Of a stretch of 64,000 nt of DNA, positions 11,622 through 21,217 are shown one piece after another; position 1 is the stretch's first letter, and each line of letters starts with the position of its first letter. The notes under the pieces were generated by a model. That model was not told the DNA's origin and ran no database searches. It was given only the letters and a program-made list of their open reading frames with translations. A program made the translations under genes and the position numbers. The DNA is from Candidatus Omnitrophota bacterium. GTDB taxonomy: Bacteria; Omnitrophota; Gorgyraeia; Zapsychrales; Fredricksoniimonadaceae. The stretch covers positions 4,266 to 68,265 of the forward strand of contig CAJARJ010000012.1 of assembly GCA_903944345.1 (NCBI GenBank). The letters run 5' to 3'.

Positions 11622-12056
11622 TCACCTCTTATTCTTTAAACAATCCGAGCATATTCCTTCAAGCTGAAAAAGATGGGTATCTATCCGGCAACCCAACTTT
11701 TTCTCAATAGTTTCCTGTGCACCAGCGATGCCGCAATAGTCCACATCTTCAACTCGTTGACAACTATGGCAAATAAAATGATGATGATGTTCCTGCGGTC
11801 TGCGGCAAAGCGCATACGATAAAAGCCTTTCGTCGGATAGCACAGGAATCAGAATGCCTGCCAGTGAAAACTCTTCAAGAATGCGGTAAACAGTAGGAAA
11901 TCCCAGAGGGTGTATCTGTTTTTCCAGTTGGCGATACACATCTCTGGGGGCAAGAATCCTGTTCTCTTGAAGGAAAAGTTCAATAACAGCCTTACGCTTG
12001 GGTGTAAGCTTGTAACCTTTGTTTTTAAGAATTGATAAATAAAGATCCGCAGACAT
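11622..12056 (-). CDS. Fur-family regulator (probably Zur)
   Basis: LTPKRKAV, TVYRIL, HHHHFICHSC...CSDC; heads the Zn ABC operon. Confidence 0.85.
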   Translation of the reverse strand: MSADLYLSILKNKGYKLTPKRKAVIELFLQENRILAPRDVYRQLEKQIHPLGFPTVYRILEEFSLAGILIPVLSDERLLSYALCRRPQEHHHHFICHSCQRVEDVDYCGIAGAQETIEKKLGCRIDTHLFQLEGICSDCLKNKR

Positions 12057-12104
12057 GATTTGAAACCGTATTTAGGAATTAGCAAATGTTACTCAAATAC
12101 TAAC

Positions 12105-12149
12105 ATAAACAAGAAGGGCTGTAAATAGAACTTTTTCTATTTACAGCCC
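12105..12149 (-). terminator. Rho-independent terminator after the ferritin-like gene
   Basis: 15-bp inverted repeat gggctgtaaatagaa/ttctatttacagccc followed by a T-rich tract on the minus strand. Confidence 0.75.
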
Positions 12150-12174
12150 GAAATACAAAAGTGAAACTTGTGTG

Positions 12175-12672
12175 TTAACGGTGCTTCATCACTATTTCCA
12201 GATCTTCCTGCAAGGACTGAAGGTCTTCCTCATGTTCAACCTCATCCTGAAGGATCTGCAAAACGATATTATACGTTACCTGATCCTTGTTGGCGGTTAA
12301 ATCCACCAAAGCCTTGTAAACACCAATCGCGCACTGCTCACCCTTGATATTTTGCTCAAGGAGTTTTTGCACAAAGGGATCTTCCGGGGCATCATAACCG
12401 CAATTGGAAAATTTGGGCCAGTCCTCAGGACGTAATACAGGCGTCCCGCCAAGTTGAATAATACGCAAAGTCAGCATATCGGCGTGACGCAATTCATCGG
12501 CCGCATGCTGAGTCAATTCGGCAATAACCGCATCTTTCATCGGGCCTTTGGCAAGTTTTGCCCCAAGCCAGTACTGGTAATAAGCCAGCCACTCGTCTGC
12601 ATAAGCCTTGTTAAGAAGCACAAGCAGCTTATCAACATCTATTCCTACAATTTCTCTTCCTCTTGTTCCCAT
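12175..12672 (-). CDS. Ferritin-like diiron protein (Dps-like/bacterioferritin-related)
   Basis: ADEWLAYYQYW, DELRHA, KGEQCAI, DEVEHEED. Confidence 0.85.
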   Translation of the reverse strand: MGTRGREIVGIDVDKLLVLLNKAYADEWLAYYQYWLGAKLAKGPMKDAVIAELTQHAADELRHADMLTLRIIQLGGTPVLRPEDWPKFSNCGYDAPEDPFVQKLLEQNIKGEQCAIGVYKALVDLTANKDQVTYNIVLQILQDEVEHEEDLQSLQEDLEIVMKHR

Positions 12673-12695
12673 AACGCCTCCTCAAATATTCAAAA

Positions 12696-13313
12696 TTAAT
12701 AGTTCAACGCCCTGACCTCAAAAACAGCCTGTTGACGTTGACAGCTCGGGCAAGCAGCGGGTGCCTGTTTGGCTGTATGAATATGTCCGCACTCACGGCA
12801 TATCCAGACAATTTCCGCGTCTTTGGCAAAAACTTTACCGGATTTTACATTCTCGGCCAGTTTGCGGTAGCGGTCCTCATGTTCTTTTTCGATCTTGGCC
12901 ACCATACGAAACTGATTGGCGATTTTAATAAATCCTTCCTTCTGGGCGACATCAGCGAAATGCGGATACAATTCCATAAATTCTTCATGCTCCCCCTCGG
13001 CCGCGGCAAGAAGGTTCTCATGTGTTGTTCCGACCACGCCCGCAGGATAAGCGGCCACGATTTCTACCGGCCCACCCTCAAGAAATGCAAAGAAGATCTG
13101 CGCGTGATGGTCTTCATTATGGGCGGTTTCCTTGAAAATCGCAGATATCTGGTCAAACCCTTCTTCTTTGGCAGCTTCAGCAAACATCACATATCTGTTG
13201 CGCGCCTGGGATTCCCCGGCAAAAGCTTTGAGCAGGTTTTTTTCGGTTTCGGTTCCCTTAATCGACTTTCCCGCGCGATAAGACGCAAAACGTTCTCTTA
13301 ATTCTTTCTTCAT
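12696..13313 (-). CDS. rbr: Rubrerythrin
   Basis: TEKNLLKAFAGESQARNRY, ExxH pairs, C-terminal CRECG...CPSC rubredoxin site. Confidence 0.92.
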   Translation of the reverse strand: MKKELRERFASYRAGKSIKGTETEKNLLKAFAGESQARNRYVMFAEAAKEEGFDQISAIFKETAHNEDHHAQIFFAFLEGGPVEIVAAYPAGVVGTTHENLLAAAEGEHEEFMELYPHFADVAQKEGFIKIANQFRMVAKIEKEHEDRYRKLAENVKSGKVFAKDAEIVWICRECGHIHTAKQAPAACPSCQRQQAVFEVRALNY

Positions 13314-13443
13314 ATAAATCTCCTTTTGGTTAATAGAGTTATTGTTTAAAAGACTTGACCTGTAGAACAAAGAATAAATATTATATAACAAAACCTGTAC
13401 ATATCAAAAGCTTACTCTTGACAACTGCAGCAGGGCGGGCCAG

Positions 13444-14235
13444 CTATCGGGGGCAGGATTTTTTTACTCTTCGCCGGAATTCAGCCCAGGAAAAGTTCTT
13501 GCCGGGGCATTCTGTACTGGCTCCATGAACCTGCCCATGACCATATACATGTCCATCAGGTATCCGATAGAACGTTTTTAGCTGGCAGACCAGATCCACC
13601 AGAGCATCCATCTGTCTGGCGGAAGGTCGTTCGTCGTTAAAATTCCCCACCAGACAAATCCCGATACCACGTTCATTCATTCCGTCTGCCTTGCAGTGGG
13701 CGCCAGGAAGTTGTTTGAGCCAGCGAGGAGAAACCTCGACCTGCCCGTCTTTACGGTCAAGGCTGCCATTATCTATGACAAAATGATAACCAATACCATC
13801 CCATCCCTTGTTCAAGTGAGCTTTATCAAAAAGCAGAGCATCCCCCTGATCGGTAGCACTGTGATGAACAATAATATGGGTCCAGCGTTTGGAAGGATAC
13901 AAAGAAATGACCGGTTGAACAGGGGCTGCATTCGGCACCCGGAGTTTCGAGCCTTTTTTAAGCAAGGGACTGTCGGAAAGCTTATTGGCACGCGCGATAG
14001 TCTTAGAGGGGACATCATACATCTTGCCGATACGCCAGAGAGTTTCACCCGGAGCTACAGTGTGCCAGATATCATGACGGGGTAAAAACTGCGAGGGCGG
14101 ACTGGTCAACTGTACCGGTGGTGGCAACGAATTGGGCGGTACTGTTCTAGAAGTTGAACAAGAGCTGAAAAAGAGAAGAAGAAAAAAGCACAATATATAA
14201 TTAAGATTGTTCCTTGATGCAGGGAATCCTGGCAT
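13444..14235 (-). CDS. LysM + N-acetylmuramoyl-L-alanine amidase (Amidase_2) lipoprotein
   Basis: Lipobox FSSC, HTVAPGETLWRIG, IIVHHSAT, GYHFVI, GICLVGNF, TECPG. Confidence 0.88.
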   Translation of the reverse strand: MPGFPASRNNLNYILCFFLLLFFSSCSTSRTVPPNSLPPPVQLTSPPSQFLPRHDIWHTVAPGETLWRIGKMYDVPSKTIARANKLSDSPLLKKGSKLRVPNAAPVQPVISLYPSKRWTHIIVHHSATDQGDALLFDKAHLNKGWDGIGYHFVIDNGSLDRKDGQVEVSPRWLKQLPGAHCKADGMNERGIGICLVGNFNDERPSARQMDALVDLVCQLKTFYRIPDGHVYGHGQVHGASTECPGKNFSWAEFRRRVKKSCPR

Positions 14236-14472
14236 TCAGGCCTCCCGAACCATAATCTTGCAAGCCAGCTGGGCTCCGATAGCCAGGGTTGTGCCTTTAA
14301 GCACAATCATAACCGGCCCATGATCAGCATTATTAACAATCCGGAATTTCTCTCCCGGGACAAAACCCATATCCTGCAGACGCTTGACTGGACCGCCTCT
14401 GACCGTCACGAAAACAAGTGAGGCCGGATTTTTCACCGCACATAATGGCTTTAAATGTTGTTGCATGATCAC
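14236..14472 (-). CDS. feoA: FeoA-family protein
   Basis: RLQDMGFVPG, GPVMI, LAIG..LACKIMV. Confidence 0.8.
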   Translation of the reverse strand: MIMQQHLKPLCAVKNPASLVFVTVRGGPVKRLQDMGFVPGEKFRIVNNADHGPVMIVLKGTTLAIGAQLACKIMVREA

Positions 14473-14507
14473 ACCATAGACATAACAGACTCCAATTCCA
14501 GTGGAGT

Positions 14508-14882
14508 CTACAATAACTCGGCCAACCCCGCCCCGATCCTCAAAAGAACAAAACCGGCTCCCAGACTAAGCGCAATATTCCCGAAAGCGTAAAAATAGGA
14601 ATGACTCTTTAATAAATTGGATGACTCCAAAAGAAGCGTCGAAAAGGTGGTAAATGCGGCGCAAAATCCGCTTAGCAGTAGAACCCGGCCATTAGGGCCC
14701 AAGAAAAACTTTTTCTGCAAGAAAACGTCCAGAAAGCCAATAAGAAAGCACCCACAAAGATTGACGGCCACTGTCCCCCAGGGAAAAAATGTTCCTGCAC
14801 GCAGAGACAATGCTCCGGTTAAGAGGTAGCGTGCAAATGTTCCGGCCACTCCGCCTATCGCCAGATAAAGAAACTTTTGCAT
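14508..14882 (-). CDS. crcB: Fluoride channel CrcB/FluC
   Basis: GGVAGTFARY, PWGTVAVNLCGCF, GFCAAFTTFST. Confidence 0.9.
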   Translation of the reverse strand: MQKFLYLAIGGVAGTFARYLLTGALSLRAGTFFPWGTVAVNLCGCFLIGFLDVFLQKKFFLGPNGRVLLLSGFCAAFTTFSTLLLESSNLLKSHSYFYAFGNIALSLGAGFVLLRIGAGLAELL

Positions 14883-14914
14883 TATGAATCTTTCCGCCAG
14901 AAAGAACTTTCAGT

Positions 14915-16768
14915 CTAGATCCGGGTAGCCTGTTCCATAATTTCGACCATCCGTTTGACATAATCTGCCTTGGAAGCAAGCTCCCCTTCCATCAACTGGG
15001 CACTTTCGTAAAGCTGCACAATACATTTTTGGGAAATATCATCCGATTTATTAGCCAGGAAACGACGCGAAAGATTCTGGATGACAGGATGCTCCATATT
15101 GAGTTCCATAATTTTTTTTGAAGCCGGAACCTCATGTCCCATCATTTTCATCATACGCTCCATCTGGCGATCCATACCGGAACTTCCGGTCACCAGAGTG
15201 ACCGGAGAATCAACCAAACGACGGGAGACCCGAACATCCTCGACTTGTTCCTTGAGAGATTCCTTAAAAAGAGCCAGCAAGGACTCTGAAAGCTCATCCT
15301 GATCCTTTTTCTGGGCCTGCTCAAGCTCGATATCGCCCTTGTCGATGGCCTTAAGTGCTTTTTTATCGTATTCATGAATTGAGGGGACAATGAAGATATC
15401 GACTGGCTCAACAAGTAACAGCACTTCAAGCTCATATTTGCGGAAATATTCGAGATTGGGACTGCTTTCAACCTGCAGACGAGTTTCACCGGTAATATAA
15501 TAAATCTCTTTCTGCCCTTCTTTCATCCGGCTGACATAATCACGCAAAGAAGACATTTCTCCTGCCTTGCGGGTCGAAGTCTCAAACCGCAACAATTCGA
15601 TAAGTTTGTCCCGATTGGCGAAATCAGTATTAATACCGGTCTTGACCAGTGGACCGAAATTCTTGTAGAAAGTAAGATACTTTTCTGTCTCTTTTGTGGC
15701 CAGTTTCTGCAGCCACTGAAGTATTTTAGCGGTCAAAGCTGTACGGATTTTGTTCATTGCAGCTGAAGCTTGCACCACTTCGCGCGACACATTCAGGGGC
15801 AAATCGCTTGTATCCACAATGCCGCGGATAAACTGCAGATATTCCGGCAGAATATCCTTGCAGTCATCCATAATCATAATCTTGTTTGTATAAAGCTGAA
15901 CGGTCTTCTGCTGTTGCACGCGCATCAGGTCAAAATGCGCCTTGGCAGGAATAAACAAAAGCGCCTTGAACTCTGCGCCCGCCCCTTCAACCGACAACTG
16001 CAGAAATGACAGCGGATCTTCATAATCATTGGTAACAAACTTGTAGAATTCGTTACGCTCCTCGTCCTTGACATCGGCCTCGCTCTTGCGCCAGAGAGCT
16101 TCTACTGTATTAACTTTTTCTTTGCCTATCAAAATAGGGAAATCAGCAAAATTGGAATACTTCCTGATGATCTGCCGTAATTTATTTTCGTCGGCAAATT
16201 CCTGGGCTGTTTCCTTGAATTTGAAACTGATCCGGGTTCCACGCGCCTGTCTATCGGTTTCCTCGATAGTAAAACTTGACTCACCAGATGATGTCCAGCG
16301 ATACCCCTTGGAATTGAGGTCAAAATGCCTGGTTTCAATTGTCACCTCGTCAGTAACCATAAAAACCGAATAAAAACCGACGCCAAATTGCCCGATCAGA
16401 TCCGAAACATTACTCTTCTCTTCCCTGAGTTTCTTGAGATACTCCAGAGTCCCCGAGCGGGCCACGGTCCCGATATTCTGGGTAAGATCCTCAAAGGTCA
16501 TCCCGATACCGTTGTCCTCAATGCTGAAAGTTTTCGCGGCTGCATCAACCGTAATCCTGATTTCCAGCTCCTTGCCGTGATCAAGAATCTGGTTATCAGT
16601 CAGTTGACGATAACGAATCTTGTTAAGAGCATCCGAAGCATTGGAAACCAGCTCCCGAAGATAAACTTCCGGGTGAGTATAAAGAGAATGAATAATCAGC
16701 TGAAGCAACTGCTTCATTTCTGCCTTGTATTCGAAAGTCTGAGGTGTTTTGGTCGTAGTCATATCCAT
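14915..16768 (-). CDS. htpG: Hsp90 chaperone HtpG
   Basis: YLRELVSNASDA, DNGIGMT, IGQFGVGFYS, DLPLNVSRE. Confidence 0.97.
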   Translation of the reverse strand: MDMTTTKTPQTFEYKAEMKQLLQLIIHSLYTHPEVYLRELVSNASDALNKIRYRQLTDNQILDHGKELEIRITVDAAAKTFSIEDNGIGMTFEDLTQNIGTVARSGTLEYLKKLREEKSNVSDLIGQFGVGFYSVFMVTDEVTIETRHFDLNSKGYRWTSSGESSFTIEETDRQARGTRISFKFKETAQEFADENKLRQIIRKYSNFADFPILIGKEKVNTVEALWRKSEADVKDEERNEFYKFVTNDYEDPLSFLQLSVEGAGAEFKALLFIPAKAHFDLMRVQQQKTVQLYTNKIMIMDDCKDILPEYLQFIRGIVDTSDLPLNVSREVVQASAAMNKIRTALTAKILQWLQKLATKETEKYLTFYKNFGPLVKTGINTDFANRDKLIELLRFETSTRKAGEMSSLRDYVSRMKEGQKEIYYITGETRLQVESSPNLEYFRKYELEVLLLVEPVDIFIVPSIHEYDKKALKAIDKGDIELEQAQKKDQDELSESLLALFKESLKEQVEDVRVSRRLVDSPVTLVTGSSGMDRQMERMMKMMGHEVPASKKIMELNMEHPVIQNLSRRFLANKSDDISQKCIVQLYESAQLMEGELASKADYVKRMVEIMEQATRI

Positions 16769-16907
16769 CTCTCCTGATTAGAACCCGGCAGGGCAAATTG
16801 TCACACACTATCTGGCCACACCAGAATAGCAGACACTTATCATACAACGAATGAAATAATTTTCCAGTACGGATCAATCCGTTATCTGGCAGACAGGCCG
16901 GAGCTTG

Positions 16908-18782
16908 TCAGTCCGGTTTTGAATCCTTGAAGAACAGCTCCTGAAAACAACGCACAACTTTTGAGGGGGATGTTTCGACCGGAGTCAGAAAAAGTCCATG
17001 TTTGCGGAAAAAAAGGCCTAAAGCAGGGTAACTGACAACAACCGAAATAGGCACAGCCAAAAGAAGAGGGAAAACAATGATCGAGACCCAGAAGAACAAG
17101 GTTTTATTGACCATAAAAGTTAACACCGCCCATAAAAATGCTCCAATCATTCCGGGGCCGTAAGCATGAAAAGCCTCGGCAAATGAGGTGCTTTGTGAAC
17201 GCCGCACCTGTGGTTTCCAGACCAGCTTTTGTCCAACAATATTCAAAACAACATACCAGCTGTGAAAAATCATTCTTAAAGGGGCCAACAAGGTCGAGAA
17301 AACAGTTTCCAGAATGACGCCCAGAGCCAGATTTCTAATCCCGCCGAAACGTTTGGCTTTCTCCGGCGAAAAAGCTAATAAAAGAACTCCAAGAAACTTG
17401 GGAAGAAGAAGAAAAGTTCCGGTAACCAGCAAAAGACGAAAGGAGAGCGCGTGATGCTGCACAGGCCACTGAGGAAACAGAACCTTCTCTGCACCCGGGA
17501 AATATACTATGTCCTGAAGAAAATTGGATACAGCATAAAGGGTCATCAGCAGTAAAAGAAGAAACCAGAGAAAAGATGAGAAATAGAACAGATTACCATT
17601 GAGAAAAAGAAGGCGATGGCCTACGGCGATCCCTTTCATGAATATAAGCCGCAGGTGCTGAATATTCCCCTGGCACCAGCGGCGATCCCTCTCCAGTTCT
17701 TCCAGGAGATTCGGGGGTAATTCCTCGTAACTTCCTTCAAGCTCGTAAGCAAGCCATACGCCCCATCCGGCTCGTCGCATCAAAGCGGCCTCTACAAAAT
17801 CATGACTTAAAATCTCACCTCCGAACGGAGGTCCTCCTGGAAGCTTGGGTAAGGCGCAGTACTGCATAAACGGGGCTACCCGAATGATGGCATTATGCCC
17901 CCAATATCCGGACTGATCAAGCTGCCAGTAGCGCAAACCGGAAAAAAACAAAGGGCCATAAACATGACTGGCAAACTGTTGTAAACGGGAAACCAGACTG
18001 CTCTGGTTCATGGCCACAGGAGCTGTTTGCAAGATACCGATATCATCCCTGGCTTCCATAACATTCACCATCTTGACCAGCAGCTCCCCCTCCATAAGGC
18101 TGTCAGCATCAAAAATGATCATGTATTTGTACTGACTGCCCCAGCGGCGGCAGAAATCACTCACATTCCCACTTTTCTTATGAATACGGTGTTTTCTGCG
18201 ACGATAGAAAATTCTCCCAAAACCATCGACGTCGCGGCAGAGCTCCGACCAGGCTGTTTCTTCCATAAGCACATACTCGCTCTGGACAGAATCGCTTAAT
18301 ATAAAAATATCAAACTTGTCCAGCTGTCCTGTTTCCCGGAGTGATTCATAGGTGCTTCTCAAGGAAGAATAGATGCGGGCCATTTCTTCATTATAGACCG
18401 GCATGATCAAGGCGGTCTTAGTCGCCGAGGAAACAGGCAGAGGGGAGTCTGGCAATACAAGCTCATTCTTTGCCCCACCTAATGAGGCCAGAAAACCAAA
18501 AATCACTGTCCAGAAATTAAACGATATCCAGGCAAAAAGAAAGATATAGATAGCAACAATAAAAATAGCCAGAATCGAGAACCCATGGGTGCCAATAATT
18601 GTGGCAAAGGCCGAACCGGCAATGAAAGTCGAAACGGCCACCAGAACAAAGAAGACGCTACGCCGGATAAACAAAAGAAGACTGTTGCCGGCAAGATCAT
18701 CACGGACAAAAACAGGCCGGGATAAAGGCCGATAGCCCATAGGTGTTCTGTGTAAAGGTGGCTGTTTTGCTGAGCGAATCAT
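16908..18782 (-). CDS. opgH: Osmoregulated periplasmic glucan glucosyltransferase OpgH
   Basis: MPVYNE, KSGNVSDFCRRWG, DADSLM, YWGHNAIIR, LSHDFVEA, RDRRWCQGN. Confidence 0.93.
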   Translation of the reverse strand: MIRSAKQPPLHRTPMGYRPLSRPVFVRDDLAGNSLLLFIRRSVFFVLVAVSTFIAGSAFATIIGTHGFSILAIFIVAIYIFLFAWISFNFWTVIFGFLASLGGAKNELVLPDSPLPVSSATKTALIMPVYNEEMARIYSSLRSTYESLRETGQLDKFDIFILSDSVQSEYVLMEETAWSELCRDVDGFGRIFYRRRKHRIHKKSGNVSDFCRRWGSQYKYMIIFDADSLMEGELLVKMVNVMEARDDIGILQTAPVAMNQSSLVSRLQQFASHVYGPLFFSGLRYWQLDQSGYWGHNAIIRVAPFMQYCALPKLPGGPPFGGEILSHDFVEAALMRRAGWGVWLAYELEGSYEELPPNLLEELERDRRWCQGNIQHLRLIFMKGIAVGHRLLFLNGNLFYFSSFLWFLLLLLMTLYAVSNFLQDIVYFPGAEKVLFPQWPVQHHALSFRLLLVTGTFLLLPKFLGVLLLAFSPEKAKRFGGIRNLALGVILETVFSTLLAPLRMIFHSWYVVLNIVGQKLVWKPQVRRSQSTSFAEAFHAYGPGMIGAFLWAVLTFMVNKTLFFWVSIIVFPLLLAVPISVVVSYPALGLFFRKHGLFLTPVETSPSKVVRCFQELFFKDSKPD

Positions 18783-20383
18783 GGAAAGTAAGTATAGCTC
18801 CAGGTTTCGGTCAGCGGACGACCATCACGCTTGAGAAAAGCGCGAAATTCAACAGCTGTTTTCTGGTACGGCAATACTTCCTCAATAAAATGCGGAGGAT
18901 CAAGAAGAACTCTTAAAACAAGACGTCTTCCTCCGGTAACATCATTCATGATAATCTGCGAGTTTGTGATTTGAGCTCCTTGAGCACACCAAACGTCCTC
19001 GACAAGCGTATTACCCCAAACATTATCTTTAGCCCCCTCCTTCTCAAAATCGATGAGAAAAAGAAGTTCCTTATCTTTACGAACCACCCTGGTTGCGGTG
19101 ACAATTCCTGTGGTGGGAGTTGCAGTCACTTCGCGAGTCTGCCATGAAAGGGTATACGCATAATTCACCGAATCTCCGCGCTCGAACACCTTTTCGGGAA
19201 CCCAGTAGGTCACAACATTATCATTGTATTCATTTTCAGTCGGGATTTGCACCAACTCCAGATGCCCCGCTCCCCAGTCCCCCTGCGGCGTCACCCATAC
19301 ACTGGGACGACGCTCATATCTGGCCTCCAGATCCTGATAATGATCAAAATGGCTGTCTCGCTGAAGAAGGCCAAAGCCTTGCGGCGTCCCCCCACTAAAA
19401 GAATTGATCAAGAGCCGTTGGGGATTAAGCAGCGGATGCCATATTCGTTCCCCGGAAGAAGCATGAAGCAGCAAGCCGTCCGAATCATGCACTTCAGGGC
19501 GAAAGTCACTGTTTCCCCGAAAACCCGAATCTTCACCGTAGAAAAACATTGATGTCAACGGAGCAATACCGAGTTTTTGTGACTGCCGCCGAAAGAACAA
19601 AAACATATTGACCTTCATCAAGGTCTTTTCACCTGGGATTACAGTAAATTCGTAGGCTCCGGTCAAGGTTGCACTGTCCAACAGAGCATATATGATAATC
19701 TGTTTGGCTTTGGCTGATGGCTTGACTAGCCAGAACTCACGAAAAACAGGAAATTCCTCACCATTCTCTGCGCCGGTATTGATTGCCAGACCTCTGGCCG
19801 ACAACCCATAACGAAGATTACGACCCAGTGCGCGAAAATATGAAGCTCCCAAAAACGAAAGCAATTCATCGGCATAAGCAGGAGTATTCAGAGGATAATG
19901 AAGGCGAAAACCGGCAAAACTATCATTTCCATCAGGCAAAAGCTCTTTGAGTCCAGGAGTGTCATAACGAAAGAGATCTGAAGAGAACGATATCGGATAA
20001 GTGCCCGTATTATCAACATAGTTAACCTGGACAGGATACTGATAAAGAAATCCCGGGTGAAAAAACTGGGCACTAAAGGACTCATTTCCCCACAATGCCT
20101 GGTCCGGACGATAACGGATCCCTCTCCATTGATCGTATCCCATGGTTCTGAAAGCCTCCGGGAGATCCGCAGACAGATCCTTATACGGAGTTGCAGCCAA
20201 CTGGCTGGCCTGCTCAATAATATCCTTGAAACGAACACGCGCAGAAGTACGGGCGGCAGACACATTCGAGACAGTAAAGTCAAAGAATACGCCAACAACC
20301 AACAAAGCCGTAACACATGTTCGGGCAATAAATGGAGAACGGAGAAAACCATAAGAAAAGCGTTGCCAACTTGCAGGGAACAT
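18779..20383 (-). CDS. opgG: Glucan biosynthesis protein OpgG/OpgD
   Basis: FLGASYFRALG, YGLSARGLAI, EEFPVFREFW, DFRPEVHDSDGL, ETWSY; true start probably slightly downstream. Confidence 0.92.
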   Translation of the reverse strand: MFPASWQRFSYGFLRSPFIARTCVTALLVVGVFFDFTVSNVSAARTSARVRFKDIIEQASQLAATPYKDLSADLPEAFRTMGYDQWRGIRYRPDQALWGNESFSAQFFHPGFLYQYPVQVNYVDNTGTYPISFSSDLFRYDTPGLKELLPDGNDSFAGFRLHYPLNTPAYADELLSFLGASYFRALGRNLRYGLSARGLAINTGAENGEEFPVFREFWLVKPSAKAKQIIIYALLDSATLTGAYEFTVIPGEKTLMKVNMFLFFRRQSQKLGIAPLTSMFFYGEDSGFRGNSDFRPEVHDSDGLLLHASSGERIWHPLLNPQRLLINSFSGGTPQGFGLLQRDSHFDHYQDLEARYERRPSVWVTPQGDWGAGHLELVQIPTENEYNDNVVTYWVPEKVFERGDSVNYAYTLSWQTREVTATPTTGIVTATRVVRKDKELLFLIDFEKEGAKDNVWGNTLVEDVWCAQGAQITNSQIIMNDVTGGRRLVLRVLLDPPHFIEEVLPYQKTAVEFRAFLKRDGRPLTETWSYTYFP

Positions 20384-20479
20384 CCAGGCTACCCAGATAA
20401 ACTGTTAATGCATACACAAATGTATATAACAAAACGGAAAGTATCTTACTCCCGGCAAGCATTTTTGGAAAGAATTTGA

Positions 20480-21217
20480 TTAAAAAGTATAATTAACTCC
20501 AGCCAGCAACTGAATATCCGATTTCTTGCTGCCTTCAGAAGGGGCGGTGTTATAGTCGAGAATATATCGCAACTCGGTGCTTAAACGATCAGTCAAAGGG
20601 TTTGAAAAAACGGTTTCCGACCGTATAGTCGATGCCACCTGCGCTTCCAGGCCAGGATAAATAACAAAATCTTCCGATAAAAAAGCTTTGCTGAAAACTG
20701 TTTTCTTCATAAAGGTATGGACAATAGCAGTCGGGAAAACGTCGTCCTCTGAAGGATTCACTCGGTGACGCTCGAAACGAACACCGAAACCGGCATCAAC
20801 AGACCATTCCCACTCTTTCAGACGCGCCAGGTGATAACCAAAACCTGCACTGGGCGTCAGGCGGTAATGGATATCAGCAAAACGGTCATGATCCGCCAGG
20901 AATTGATAGAAAGTAAACCATTCGCCTTCCTGAATAAAGTCATAGGAGTACCGACCGAGCACATCCCATTTTTGTCCATCCATTAAATCGTTGTTGGACG
21001 AATAAGACATGCCGCCCTTTAAAGAGGCCGCATGTCGGCCAGATAACCTGCCTAAGTCCAGACGCATATTCGCCACACTCTTGTTAGTATTGCCATTGGA
21101 ACGGTTATAGCCGGCAAAAATACCGCCTGTCAACGGCGTGGACGTCTGACCGGCAGAAACAAGGTTGTTCGAAAAGAAGACCACCGACAAAATTCCGATA
21201 AACAAGACCGTCTTCAC
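20480..21217 (-). CDS. DUF481/YdiY-like outer-membrane beta-barrel
   Basis: Signal peptide, GYNRSNGNT, DRFADI.YR, C-terminal aromatic VNYTF. Confidence 0.75.
   Translation of the reverse strand: MKTVLFIGILSVVFFSNNLVSAGQTSTPLTGGIFAGYNRSNGNTNKSVANMRLDLGRLSGRHAASLKGGMSYSSNNDLMDGQKWDVLGRYSYDFIQEGEWFTFYQFLADHDRFADIHYRLTPSAGFGYHLARLKEWEWSVDAGFGVRFERHRVNPSEDDVFPTAIVHTFMKKTVFSKAFLSEDFVIYPGLEAQVASTIRSETVFSNPLTDRLSTELRYILDYNTAPSEGSKKSDIQLLAGVNYTF

Noticed and set aside
12058-12100. Zur/Fur box upstream of the Fur-family gene
   Set aside because: AT-rich with only weak dyad symmetry; plausible but not supportable by eye
14883-14915. Fluoride riboswitch before crcB
   Set aside because: Intergenic gap is only ~30 bp and lacks the motif
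16778-16804. Possible CIRCE element upstream of htpG
   Set aside because: Only the left arm resembles TTAGCACTC; the right arm does not match
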